A DNA stretch of 63,228 nt, filler included, from Chiloscyllium plagiosum (Eukaryota): assembly GCF_004010195.1 (NCBI RefSeq). It is 4 parts of one record of this genome, joined end to end, with 100 filler letters (N's around TTAATTAATTAA, not from the genome) between each part and the next. Parts side by side here need not be neighbours in the genome. Positions count along the whole stretch, not along the records: positions 1 to 26,912 come from NC_057714.1; 3 more parts are not named here. The stretch is one strand, 5' to 3'. Below, piece after piece: positions 10,893-23,692 of the stretch. Every line of letters begins with the position of its first letter. The stretch's first letter is position 1. Position numbers and translations under genes: made by a program. The notes beneath the pieces are model-generated. The model worked only from the letters and a program-made list of their open reading frames with translations, was not told the DNA's origin and ran no database searches.

Positions 10893-11834
10893 GATGACTG
10901 GATTGGTGCAGTGTCCTGTACACAGGCTGAACTGGAGCAATTCATCCACTTCCCCCACAACTTCCACCCCAACCTCAAATTTACTTGGTCCATTTCGGAC
11001 ACCCCCCCTCCCCTTCCTTGACCTCTCCTTTTCCATCTCCAACGACAGTCTCCAGAAGGCTGTTTACTATAAATCCACAGACTCTCACATCTACCTGGAC
11101 TACACCTCCTCCCACCCAGTATCCTGCAAGAACTCCATCCCGTTCTCCCAATTCGTCCACCTCCACAGTATCTGCTTGGATGAGGAGACTTTCCACTCCC
11201 CAGCATCCCAGATGTCCGCCTATTTCAAACAATGTGCTTTTCCCCGCCTCTGTTATCCAGACAGGAGTTCACCTGCCTCTCCTCCAACCTAATTTACTGT
11301 ATCCAGTGCTCCCAATATGGTCTTCTCTAAATCGGGAGACGAAACATAAACTAAGGGAATGGTTCTCCAAGCATCTCAGCAGAGCCTGCAGGGGCCAACC
11401 AGAACTCCCAGTCACTGCCCATTTTAATTCCCTTCCCACTCCCTTTCCAACATGACCATCCTTGGCCTCCTTAGTTGCCACAACGAATCAACATTGGAGG
11501 AACAATACCTCATCTTCTGCCTGGGCAGCTTAGAGCCTGGAGGACTCAACATTGAGTTCTCTAATTTCAAATAACCTCCCTTTGCATCGCCGGACTCCTA
11601 TCCCTTCCCAACCCCGCCCCCAACCCTTCCATTCCTCTCATCGACCAACCAGGTTGTACACTCTACCTGTCTCCACCTGTCCTTACCTCACCACCACCTA
11701 CCCCCCACCCCGTTTATCTGCACCTCCCCTTAAACACACTGCCAGTCCTGAAGAAAGGTTACATTCAAAACATTGACTTCTCCACCTCCTGATGCTGCCA
11801 GGCTTGCTGTGTTCTCCCAGCCTTCTGCTTGTCT
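10893..11834 (+). mobile_element. Penelope-like element fragment (RT end, GIY-YIG, pLTR)
   Basis: LPFLDLSFSISNDSLQKAVYYKSTDSHIYLDYTSSHP and SNLIYCIQCSQYGLL motifs; pLTR tail. Confidence 0.8.
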
Positions 11835-12713
11835 ATTCAAGCTCTTATGCAACCAATTAGTGACCACAGAAATGTCTCAATGTGGATCTGTCGCTGTGTT
11901 ACTCATAGCAGGGTAGCCCCACCGCAGTGGGGTAGCCTATTAGCTTACACTGTTGTATTGCACAGAAGGAGGAAGCTCTTTCGGGCGACCCCGAACCCAT
12001 TGGAGGCACTCCCAAACCTGCACATCAGAACCACACGATCCCTTTAATCCTCAACTTGACCTCTCAAACCTGGCACAGCACAACACGTTGTCCAAAACCT
12101 CCATCTTGTTGCAGTCTGAAAGTCTGGTCCGGCTGATGTCTGTGATGAACCTGAAATCTGGGTTCCTCTTCTTCAGGGACTGCCTGCAGTTCCAGCTGCG
12201 GCTACTTCTTGAATCTCCCATTGCAGTGACTGCAGAGCTGCCAGCTTGTCTGATTGGCCACCATCTCTCTAAGGCTGCACCCCTTCCCCAGTTGAGAGTG
12301 TGGTGCTGGAAAAGCACCGCAGGTCAGGCAGCATCTGAGGAGCATGAGAATTGACAGACCTCTCAACTGGACAGAACACTGGCAAATGGAATTCACCTTG
12401 AAAATGTAATGCATTCGGGAAGGATTAACAAAACGAGGGTCGAACGTGTGGTGCTGGAAAAGCACAGCAGGTCAGGCAGCATCCGAGGAGCAGGAAAATC
12501 TACATTTCGGGCAAAAAAACTCTGTCTTCCTTAACAAAATGAGGGTCTAGTGGAAGGGGGAGGGGAAGGATAAGGGGTTAGGGATGGTTGTAATCTATCC
12601 CTCTTCCTCTATTTCATTGAAGAACAGATGACCCATAAGGTGTACACACGACGTATTCAGGCCTTCATGACCATTGGTCAGTGCAGGATGTGTGGACTGG
12701 GCATGTGATAAGC

Positions 12714-12904
12714 ACAGCAATTCAGGCAGCATCCGAGGACAGGCAAAATCGACGTTTCGGGCAAAAGCCCTTCATCAGGAATATGAAGGGCTTTTGCCCG
12801 AAACATCGATTTTGCCTGTCCTCGGATGCTGCCTGAATTGCTGTGCTCTTCCAGCACCACTGATCCAGAATCTGGTTTCCAGCATCTGCAGTCATTGTTT
12901 TTAC
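12714..12904. mobile_element. Palindromic Penelope-derived mini-element
   Basis: Inverted arms around 12780; perfect 17-bp TSD ctgggcatgtgataagc (12697-12713, 12905-12921); intact hammerhead core on minus strand 12751-12778. Confidence 0.85.
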
Positions 12905-13239
12905 CTGGGCATGTGATAAGCTAATATTATTGTCCTTAAGTGTAAAAGTAGTGTTTTTCTTAATCATGGTTAATTCCTTATTAATTCTTTCCTTAATAAA
13001 ATTGACATTTTAACTGCATAGTCACGTTGAGACTGGGGAAAACCCAGCTACCTCCTTATTGGATGGGAAAGAAAGATGCAGAAGATATTATAATTGTGCA
13101 GTATTTTAAAAATTATGCATTACTTTTGGGCGAAGCCTTTCCCGGAAAGCTCTTTCGAAGTATTAGGCAACAGGGGTGTGAGTGTGCCTACAGAAATTCA
13201 GGTTAGTTTCCCAATAACAAAAATTCCCATTCACTTGCA

Positions 13240-13800
13240 CAACATCTGCCCCGCGTCACAGCCGCCTCCGGCCGCCGATTGGTTATTCCCTCACGTCAAT
13301 CACACAGGCGTGCCATGACGTAAACTATTTTATGAATGAAGCCGAATTTCCTCGGAATCCACGGATCGATTATATTTTTCTTTTTTTAAAAAAACTGCCA
13401 CTCTCTAAATATCTGAACGACGTAAATGTTCAACCGCTCGCTGTTCTTTTTCCTGAATCTTAAAAGTGAGGGAGCCGTGGTCGGATGGCAGGGCGGCGTC
13501 GCCATAGCAACCAGCCGGCAAGCTCAGAACCCTTTTCAAAGAGAAACGGACAGCCACTTCGGATAAACCTGATCGATTGAATAAATATCGATTCTGAAAT
13601 CGAAACCTGATTCTGAAATTATCGTTGTCAATGGTAGATCTGGAGAGGAGAATGTCACTAACATGTCAATGCCACGTGAGCAGGGCGGCCCGAGATCCGT
13701 GCTCATGGCGTCACACACCCACCGCGGTGTGACGTCAGTTCCGGTTCCGCCCCTCCCCACGAGGTGACATTCACCGGCTCGGCGGGGCCACGAGCTCAGT
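13240..13800. promoter_or_regulatory. CpG-rich promoter region of HIGD1A (possibly bidirectional)
   Basis: CpG-dense non-repeat DNA; reverse CCAAT 13278-13282, X-box GTCGCCATAGCAAC 13498-13511, CACGTG (E-box/HRE core) 13673-13678, CRE TGACGTCA 13730-13737, ETS/GC-box ttccggttccgcccc 13739-13753. Confidence 0.75.
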
Positions 13801-13869
13801 TGGAGCCGGTGTCTGTGGTTGCTGCTTGTTCTCTCGTTTGGACGTTCAAATCGGATCAGATCAGATCAG
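13795..13869 (+). other. HIGD1A: Probable non-coding exon 1 of HIGD1A (start approximate)
   Basis: Strong donor CAG|GTGAGC at 13869/13870 just downstream of the promoter motifs; the next exon begins 5 nt before the ATG, matching a 5'UTR first exon. Confidence 0.6.
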
Positions 13870-13944
13870 GTGAGCTGGGTTAGACTCCTGCCTATTTCTG
13901 ACCAGCGGTCGGCGCTGGGTCCACTTTTGTTTGTCATTTAGGGG

Positions 13945-15470
13945 GGAGTGTTGAAACTACAGGTGACCCCAAAGCTGGTGGTTTAGTGGACAGTGAGGGT
14001 GGGCTACCAGGGGTGACAGAGGTCAATTGGGTCAATGGGCTGAGGAATGGCAGGTGGAGTTTGCTTTGGGTGAATGTGAGGTTTGGTAGAGCAAGACTTG
14101 CACAGTTAACGGGTAAAGTTTGGAACGGTTAGAGTGGAGCTGAAAAAAGCACAGCAGGTCCAAGCAGTATCGAGGGAGTTGCTGTTTCAGGTTGGAAGCT
14201 TCCGTCTGAAATGGTGGTTCACCTCCTCGGGACCTGTGGATCGGTTTTATTTTTCTGCACACCACGGCTGTGCTTTTCCAGTCAAGATTAGGGTGGTGCT
14301 GGAAAAACACAGGCCAGGCAGCATCCAAGCAGCAGGAAAGTCAATGTTTTGGGTAAAAGCCCTGATGAAAGGCTTTTGCCTGAAACGTTGATTTTCCTGC
14401 TTCTCAGATGCTGCATGACTTGCTGTGCTTCTCTGGCACCATTCTAATCTCTAGCATCTGCAGTACCCACTTCTGCCCTGTGCTTTTTCCAGCTCTGCAC
14501 TTATCCACTCTGAATCTCCAGCATCTGCAGTTCTCTCAATCTCACTATGTCCTTGGGTGATTAGATTAGGTTAGATTACATTACATTACAGTGTGGAAAC
14601 AGGCCCTTTGGCCCAACAAGTCCACACCGACCTGCCGACGTGTAACCCACCCATACCCCTATATTTACCCCTTACCTAACACTACGGGCAATTTAGCATG
14701 GCCAATTCACCTGACCTGCACATCTTTGGATTGTGGGAGGAAACCGGAGCACCCGGAGGAAACCCACGCAGACACGGGGAGAATGTGCAAACTCCACACA
14801 GTCAGTCGCCTGAGGTGGGAATCGAACCTGGGTCTCTGGCGCTGTGAGGCAGCAATGCTAACCACTGTGCCACCATGCCCATGTTGTACAACAGAGAGCT
14901 AGGGCTTTAGGTACATAATTAATTGACCCTTTCATATGAGGTTTTAACATGCTTGACTTCTGACTTGAGTATAGGAGTTGGTGAGACTTCTTTTGGAATG
15001 CTGTGTCCATTTCTGCTCTCCCTGTTAGAGGAAGCTGTTATATTAACTGGAGAGTTCAGAAGAGATTTCTCCGGAATGGAGAGTTGAGTTCTAAGGATAC
15101 ACTCTTTGGAGTGTAGAAAGTTGAGCAGTGACTTTTTTAGAGTTTGATAAACTAATGACTATAGATAAAGTGAATGGCAAGTGTGTTTTCTCTAGGTGGA
15201 GGATTTAAAGTTTGAGGGTATATTTTTAAGATGAGATTTTAAAAAGACATGGGATAATTCTTTTTAGTGGTTTGTGTGTGGAGTAAAGTTCCAGAGGAAG
15301 TGGTAGATGTGGCACAATTACAATCTTTAAAAGACATTTGGTAAGTACATGAATACGAACTATTTAGGAGAGATGTGGGTTAAGCACAGGCAGGTGGGAC
15401 TGGATTAGTTTGAGATTTTGCTCAGCATGGACTGGTTGGGTCGAAGGGTCTGTTTCTGTACTGTATGACT
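13945..15470 (+). mobile_element. Old CR1-like LINE fragment interrupted by nested PLE mini-elements (about 14131-14545) and an HE1 SINE
   Basis: Degenerate MGQWAEEWQVEF-like sequence resumes after 14880 and ends in a CR1 3' tail. Confidence 0.65.
14560..14880 (-). mobile_element. HE1-type V-SINE, full length
   Basis: tRNA head, V core and (TCTAA)n tail as at 774-1110. Confidence 0.9.
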
Positions 15471-18400
15471 GTGTTCTGGGACTTACCCTGGGAGAGGGAG
15501 CTAGGAGGGGAAAGCTGGGGATTGAATCCTGTCTTGGACCAGCTGTGCAGGAACTTACACCATCCCCTACCCTGTGTGGTGTCCTATTCTCTCTTCCTCT
15601 TCTACCCCACCCCCCCACAAACTAACCCCAGGTTAATGCGCAGTCCAGTTCATACCCAACTGACTCTGCTTCAGTGAGCTATCCAGCTATTCATCAACCA
15701 TCTAACTGTTCATCAATCTCTGGCCTGGCTCAGCCCACAGTGTTGTCCAGCTATTCTTCCCCCACTGTGGCCAAATGGGCAGTGTTACCCCGTCCTCACC
15801 ACCACAGGGCAAAGTGAACTGTCCAGCTGTTACCAGCTTTCAGTTAGCAGCTTCATGTCTCCTCCCATCTCTAGTGACATCAATACAAAATCTAAGTTGA
15901 CCCTGCCCTGTTTTAGGGGTGTTGCCTTGTCAGAGGAGACATTTTTCTGTTCAAAGATGTCTATCTTCTCTCCTCTACCCGCTTCCTCCACACCCATTGC
16001 CCACTTTAATATTGATGACGATCCTATCAGTATTCTCTTGGGACAATGTTTACCCACCACTGATGCTGTTGTGGTTTATCTGGCCCTTACTATATGCATA
16101 TTTGCTTCCATAATTTGTCACCCACAGTACTCTGGCTGAGAAGTGCTGTTGGGCATTCTGATGTTGAGAGATTTTGTAAATGCAAAATTTTGAGCAGCTG
16201 TAATCCATGTGATACCAGTTATTCTTAAGGACTGCCACAATTTTGACCCAATGCTGATGAAAGAAAGCATGTCTAAAATCAAGGTGTATGACCTATGCAG
16301 AACCTTGAGATGGTATACAGATTTTTCTGTTTCACTCAATCTTCTAGATGTTAGGGGTCATGGATTTGAATGTTATTAAAATGCAGTCCAATTAGTGTAG
16401 TGTATTTTGTATGTCAAAGGAAGTGATGGAGTGTCGAATCATTGGGTTGCTTACTCTGAATTATATATTGAGTTTGTTGTTTTGGCAACTACACTCAATG
16501 TAGACAGCTGTGGACAATTCCATGATACTCCAGACTTGTTCTTGCGGATGATAATCTCTCAACCCCAGGTTACAATCAAACAGGGTATTTGGAAGCAGTA
16601 GTTTTTAGTGTTGCTGAAGGAGCAGCGCTCCGAAAGCTAGTGTTTCCAAATAAACCTGTTTGACTAAACCTGGGAGAGAGTGGTGCTGGAAAAGCACAAC
16701 AGGTCAAGCAGCATCCGACGAGCAGGAGAATCCGGCAAAAGCCCTTCATCAGGAATGGGGCTGTGAGCTGAGGGGTTGGCAAGATAAATGGAAGCGGGGG
16801 TGGGGTTGGGGAAGGAGATGTGGCTGTGGCAGCGAGTAGAGTCTGGAGATGAGTTGTTGTCCACCCCAGTCCAATACCGGCTCCTCCACATCATCGCAGA
16901 TAATAGGCAGCTTTGGTACATTTGTCACTCTTAATTTATTGTTGGCTTGGTGTGTTCTTTTAAAGTGGACTCATGCTGTTGCTTTAGAGAAATTTTATAT
17001 ACTGTTTTTAAGCAAAATGTGTCATAACTTAAACCTAGAAGCATTAATTTGTACCAACATGTGGAATTGTCTGATTAGTGTACATTTTAATTGATCAGTT
17101 TGGGTCAGTGAGATTGAAGATGTTGCTTCCTTTCCATTTGCATTACATACAAATACCATATTTAGGATTTTAGTGTGCTGCTGTTCTTGATTGGATGATC
17201 GTGTGTGGGTTAGCCAAGGTTCAGTGGTTACGCTGTCACCTCTGAGTCACTGTGTTTAAGTTCTGTTTCAGCAAGCTAAACATGCAATCTAGGGTGGTAA
17301 AGGTAAAAGTCACTATTGGGCTGTTCTTTTGTTACAGTGGGATGACTGGTGATTTAATCTGCAGGTCATCACCCCTCAGGTGAGGGGCGAGGTCGAGAAG
17401 GAGAGTATTTCATAATGAGTAAATTACTGCAGATGTTGGAACCTGTACTGAAGAGTCATCAAGACTCCAATGTTAGCTTGCTCGCTCGCCCTCCATGGAT
17501 GCTACCTGACCTGTGATTTCCAGCATTTTTGTTTTCAGTATTTAAAACCTGAAATGAACCCATGCTCTTGGTGTCACACTGCATTCCAATCCAGCCAGCT
17601 GAGCTAGCCAACCTCTCTGGTACTGGTTGGATGAAACATTAAACTGAAGCCACACTCTGGCTTTCCCAACTTCCATTCGTATCTATCTCTCATTCACACC
17701 ATCCAAACAGATCATGTGCTTAGTATCGGATTGGTAAGACTTTGCCTTTCCTTGTGGAACTGGAACCTTGTGGCTCAAGTGAGACTGAGACCAACTAAGC
17801 CAAGGCTGACATGCAGTTGCAGTATTCTGAGACAGAACAGGCACTTGGCCTGAGCGGTCAAAATTCAGATTGTAAGCTTTGGGCTGTAGACAAATTGATC
17901 AACCTGTGTAGGAAATGTAGCTGCTAACTTGCATATAGCAAACTTCTGAAAACAAATCTGACATTGATCAGAATCAGTTTTAATGTTGAAGGAGGCTTAA
18001 GTATTGATCAGATTGAGAACTCTCCTGCTCTTCTTTTGAAATAGTTTTATTGAGATGGGGCCTTTATTAATGTTAATTGAAACATCATGCAGTACCCCTT
18101 CAATACTCTGCTGGAACATTGGTCTTGATTTTTGTTCATTATAGAGCAAACCTTGAATGCACATCTGACCAAGAAGCAAATGTACCTCTTTAACTTTTTG
18201 TACTATGTGCAGCATTTCTATTTGCCAAACATGGATGTTAACCACTGCTTCTAAGCAACTACTAATTTCCCACTGATTAAGTAAATTCTAGTTCATCTTT
18301 CGCTGATCCAAAATGTTAACCCTGCATTGGGCAAGCCTAGGACAGATGAAACTCACTTAAGCTTTCCCTTTTGGAAATTGTCCCTCCCATGCATTCTATA

Positions 18401-18612
18401 CTTTGCCTAACCTAGCGCAGTCATCTGCAAACTTGCCGGCACAACACTTACCCCTTCATCCAAGATGTGGATGTGCCAAAGTTTAAAAACTGCACGACAC
18501 CAGGTTATAGTCCAAAAGGTTGACTTGAAAGTACAAGCTTTGAATGTTCTCCTTCGTCAGGTAGCTGATGGGGCTAGTCATTGAAAAAATGCACAATCTG
18601 TAGGCAGTTGTC

Positions 18613-18772
18613 GAGAGTGTGGTGCTGGAAAAGCACGGCAGGTCAGGCAGCATCTGAGTAGTAGGAGAAGCGACATTTTGGGCATAAGTCCTTCATCAGA
18701 AAGGACTTATGCCCGAAATGTCGCTTCTCCTGCTCCTCAGATGCTGCCTGACTTTGCTTTTCCCGCACCACA
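18613..18772. mobile_element. Palindromic Penelope-derived mini-element
   Basis: Inverted arms gtgtggtgctggaaaagc...gcttttcccgcaccacac with decayed hammerhead cores at the centre. Confidence 0.75.
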
Positions 18773-19150
18773 CTGAGGGGTGACCTTTTATAGAGGCTTA
18801 CAAAATGAGGGACATGGATAGGATAAATAGGCAAAGTCTTTTTCCCTGGGGTTGGGGGGTCCAGAACTAGAGGGCATAGGTTTAGGGTGAGAGGGGAAAG
18901 ATATGAGACCTCAGGGTCACCTTTTTCATGCAGATGGTGGTATGTGTCTGGAATGTGCTGCCAGAGGATGTGGTGGAGGCTGGTACAATTGCAACATTTA
19001 AGAGGCATATGGATGGGTATATGAATAGGTAGGGTTTGGAAGGATATGGGCTGGGTACTGGCAGGTGGGACTAGATTGGGTTGGGATATCTGGATGGCAT
19101 GGACAGGTTGGACCCAAGGGTCTGTATCCTTGCTGTACATCTGACTCTTA
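18773..19150 (+). mobile_element. CR1-like LINE 3' end
   Basis: Colinear with 1-180 and 61670-62055. Confidence 0.85.
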
Positions 19151-19421
19151 AGTTATCTCTGGCAGTGACTTGAAAGAAATTCTGGGGTTTACGCATTAAT
19201 CAACCAAAACCTACATCCCCTTTCTAAGTGATTAAAGACTTAGCCATCTAGGTTTGTCTAATATATCACATCAGTTGTATGAGACTTGATCTTTACTTAA
19301 ATTCTGTGCCCTATGTATCCTGCCCCACTAGTTACCTGACAAAGTAGCAGTGCTCCAAAAGCTTGTGCTTTCTCACAAACCTGTTGGATTATAACCTGGT
19401 TGGATGTGAATATTAACTTTG

Positions 19422-19731
19422 ATTAGATTAGATTACTTAGTGTAGAAACAGGCCCTTCGGCCCAACAAGTCCACACCGCCCTGCCGAAGCGCAACCCACC
19501 CATACCCCCGACATTTAGGCTTTACCTAACACTACGGGCAATTTAGCATGGCCAATTCACCTGACCCGCACATCTTTGGACTGTGGGAGGAAACCAGAGC
19601 ATCCGGAGGAAACCCACGCAGACACTGGGAGAACGTGCAAACTCCACACAGTCAGCTGCCTGAGGCGGGAATTGAACCCAGGTCTCTGGAGCTGAGGCAG
19701 CAGTGCTAACCACTGTGCCACCGTGCCGCCC
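19422..19731 (-). mobile_element. HE1-type V-SINE inserted in a PLE pLTR fragment
   Basis: Full SINE with 7-bp TSD aactttg (19415-19421, 19732-19738). Confidence 0.9.
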
Positions 19732-22035
19732 AACTTTGTCCTCTGTCCAAGTTATTACTTTAAAGTGATGGAGGAAATGAGGTATCAGATTTGATGTACT
19801 CCACCAATCAACAAACCAGTTATTGCTGCTCCCTGTCTCGTAAACATTTACTAAACTGTTTTCAATTTTTTTGCTAAACTTGTACAAAGCTTTGTCCAAT
19901 TACTTTCCCGCTTCCCTATATAGACTTCTGTCCATCATGAAAAAAATCAACTAGTAAAAGATAGGTCTACCCCTCAAACCCATAAAATGCTGGAGAAACT
20001 CAGCAGGCCTGGCAGCATCTGTGGATCAAGAAACAGTTAATATTGTGTCCCAAATGACTGTTGTTTGGAGTTCCAGCATCTGTAGTATTTTGCATTTATC
20101 ATTACAAAACCAGTATTCACTTGTATATCAGTTTTTCTGTTCAATTTTTCTTATCACTCATTGATTCCAGTAAGTTCCCCAAATTGCAATTAAACTGACA
20201 GCTGACAGAGTTTCTCTTTCCTTGCCTTTTCAAATAATGGAGTGACTTTGCAGATTTTCAATCTCTCAACTTCTAAATCTAAGTGTTCCCAAATCTCCAT
20301 TCTATAATGTAATCCTTAGAACGAGAAAGTTTAGTTTGTGTGGCATATGAATATATCCTTGAAAGCATTGTCCCATGAAACTGCTAAAAACATCATGGGT
20401 GCATGACCATACACAACTTCTAAAGAATATTTTTTTTATAAAGGTTGAGGATGTGTATCAAGGCTGGTATTTACCACCCATCACCTAATTGGACTTGAAA
20501 ATAGTATTGTACTGGCTACTTGGGCTGCTGCAGTCTGTGTGGCCAAAGTGTAGTTTCATAGTGTTAATTAGTCAAAGTTCCAGTGTGTAGATCCCAAACA
20601 CCTGAAGCAAGCTCAACCCCATCCTAGGCCTTGCAGTGGTATGATGAGATGGTGACTTGCTTTGTTGATATTGATAAAATTCGTGTCTAGAAGGCATTCT
20701 AATCAGCGGATTATGGGTTTGAGTTTCCCTCCAAAAATTGGGAACAAATTTGAGCTTGCTCACATTTGAGTGAGTGTTGCACTGTAGGTGTTGGCCACAT
20801 TTAAATGAGATGCTAACCCAAAGCCTCATCTGTTTGCCAGATGGATGCAAGAGATTTGATTGTTTGTATTTATACTTAGACTAACATCCCTAAAATAGAT
20901 TGATCATATCTGGACGCTAAATGTCTTCAAGGCAGAGACTGACAAATTTTTGATGTCACAAGGAATTAAGGGCTATGGGGAGAATGCTGGTAAATGGAGT
21001 TGAAATGCCCATCAGCCATATTGAATGGAGGAGTTTGAATGGAGGAGTGGACTCGATGGGCCAAATGGCCTTACTTCCACTCCTATGTCTTATGGTCTTA
21101 TTATCGCAATGTTTTTGTGGTGCCATGTTGTGTGAATTGTTTATTGAAACTCCTACATTACTATAATATCTACACACAGCAAAAATACTCAGCTGCAAAG
21201 CAGTTCACAAAATCTTATTTACAGTGAACCTTCATGGAAAAGCACGAAAGGTTCTCCATCTCCTGATGCCTGACTTGCTATGTTCTTTCAGTCTCCTGTT
21301 TGTCTACTTTGGATTTGCAGTTATTTTTCTCTAACCCGTTCTATAAAGGTTCTCCTTTTGAAGTGACAGCAAGTCCCTAAACAGCCCATTATTATGGTGA
21401 TTTAACATTGTGATCTCCTTGTATTAGTATGATCTAGTTAATTTCGCACATCCCGGCTGTGTAATAATCTAATGTATTCCCTGAAAATTCCTTTGTTTGT
21501 TCAGCCTCTTTGTATTTAATTTACAACTCTCTCCACTCCTCTGGTTTTACTTTTCCAATCTGCATTGTTCACTGAAATAGCCAGAAATTGTCATGTCATT
21601 GTGACTTGCACATGAATAATTCGTGGACTATGTTCCTTGTTCCATGTAAATGAGGATTTCCTGTAAACCAAACCCAGTGGTTGAGACAGTCAGACAATCA
21701 GGTGGTTTATGGGAAGTGTGTGCTTTGCTAGCTTGGATTACGCATTTGTGCGAGTCATTTTCAGATTCTGAATCAAATTGAAACAAGACACCAATTTTTG
21801 TCAGGAAATGATATTTGTTTGAAAGCAGTAAGCGAGAAGGGACGTCTGTTGGCTTCAGGGATAAGAGTCAGTGTACTAGGTTGACTAGAAATATAGTGCC
21901 TCTCCTTTCCTTTTCTCTGACCTTTTATTTGCTAATCTAAAGGTAACCTGTGTCTTGTAGCTATCCTTGCTGCTAGTAGCTCTCCACATTAGCTTTTATT
22001 TTAGTTGATTAACTTTAATTATTTTTGCAGTCACC

Positions 22036-22138
22036 ATGTCTTCGAACAATGTGAGCCTGGTTCCTATGCTTCCAACAGAAGATGACCAAACTTCAAAGCT
22101 TATTCGAAAATCCAAGGAGTCCCCATTTGTCCCTATTG
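22036..22138 (+). CDS. HIGD1A: HIG1 domain family member 1A, coding exon 1
   Basis: Acceptor tttttgcag|tcaccATG; MSSNNVSLVPMLPTEDDQTSKLIRKSKESPFVPI(G); donor G|GTAAGT; matches the HIGD1A SKLIRKxKExPFVP motif. Confidence 0.95.
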
Positions 22139-22496
22139 GTAAGTTGCTGTGTACAAATCATTCTTCTCCATTTTATCAATTGCTATATTTGGTCCTTGTA
22201 TGCTGAATGACTAAGCAAATGTAAACAGAGTGGAGTAGGTGTGCTGAAACCAAGCATATCAAATTTTCCATTTGTTACTATAATTCTGTGGCCATTCAAC
22301 TAGCTCTTCAAAATCTTGAAGGGAGTTTAGACTTTAGTGACTCAACCCTTGCCACATGGCTACCAGTTCACAATAGAAAATCTCTCAAATTTAATCAATG
22401 ATTATTTACAGTGTAACCCCTTTTACAAAAAAAGAGCAAAGTGTTGTAGAAATGGATTTGAAGAGTTCCATGATTCTTTATGGGTTTAGCTATTGA

Positions 22497-22688
<192 letters not shown>

Positions 22689-23618
22689 TAATTTCCAGTA
22701 TTTGTAAGATAATAATGAACAATATCATGCTAATTGGACATATTGGATGAATTTTGCTTGCTTTCAAAATATCCGTTACCAAATTCCCCAAAATGCATTT
22801 TTCCTCATTTTCTTTTGATACTAATTTACCAGAAGGTGTGCTCTGAATGCTGAATTCTTCTAAGCCTGGATACTTTTAATCAATCTGTTTTAAAACCTTC
22901 TGACCCACCACTTCAAGCTGCCCCTTCTGGTCCAGAGGTGGAGAGACTGTCACTACCACAGGACATTTATATTCTAGGATATTCAAGTGGGAAAAGGAAA
23001 GCATAATGACCCACTTTTAAAAGAAAAATCCATACTGGGCTGTTACAATTTCAAAATGGGTCAACTATTCCTACTCTGGTGCCATCTTGAATTTGCCATC
23101 TCAGTGGAGAATTGGGTACACAGTTTTGCCTTTAAATGAGCTTGAGGATCTAAATTTTTTTCTAATTCACCTGTTCAGATGTTGTTACATCTCTGGAACA
23201 GATGGGACTTTAACCTAGCCTCCTTGTTTAGGGGTAGGGGCATTAGCACTGTGCTACAAGAGGGCCCATATTGTCAATTTTGTTTCCTGTATATGCACCT
23301 TATAAGTCTGACCTTTGAAATAAAACCCAGTTTGCAAAACTATTTGGAATTTCATGTTTCAACTGAGTTTCAATTTTTTTAAAGCTAACTTCTGTTGGAA
23401 AATAGGAACAGGTCATTCATTCCAATTAGTTGATGTTTAGACTCCACGGCAAGAACAGATCTGTACTCATCTGTATATTTTCCACAATTCCTTCAGTCCC
23501 TCCAGTGCTGACCCCTTTCTATTAAGCAGTTAGCTAACCTAGTGTTAAATGTTAACATGGTCTCTGATTCAAATACTAATATTGGAGATATATCCTAACT
23601 AGTATTTTGCTATTACAG

Positions 23619-23692
23619 GTGTTCTTTGGTCGATGTACAAAGAATATGTTGTGAAGCCCAGGGAACAGAAAATTGCTCTGCTTCAGAAATGA
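23619..23692 (+). CDS. HIGD1A: HIGD1A coding exon 3 (stop)
   Basis: tattacag|GT GTT...: (G)VLWSMYKEYVVKPREQKIALLQK*; joined CDS 312 nt = 103 aa plus stop. Confidence 0.93.

Noticed and set aside
11953..12354. 133-aa ORF in apparently unique sequence
   Set aside because: Weak resemblance to decayed L2-type RT C-terminus and runs into a PLE arm; no splice or homology support
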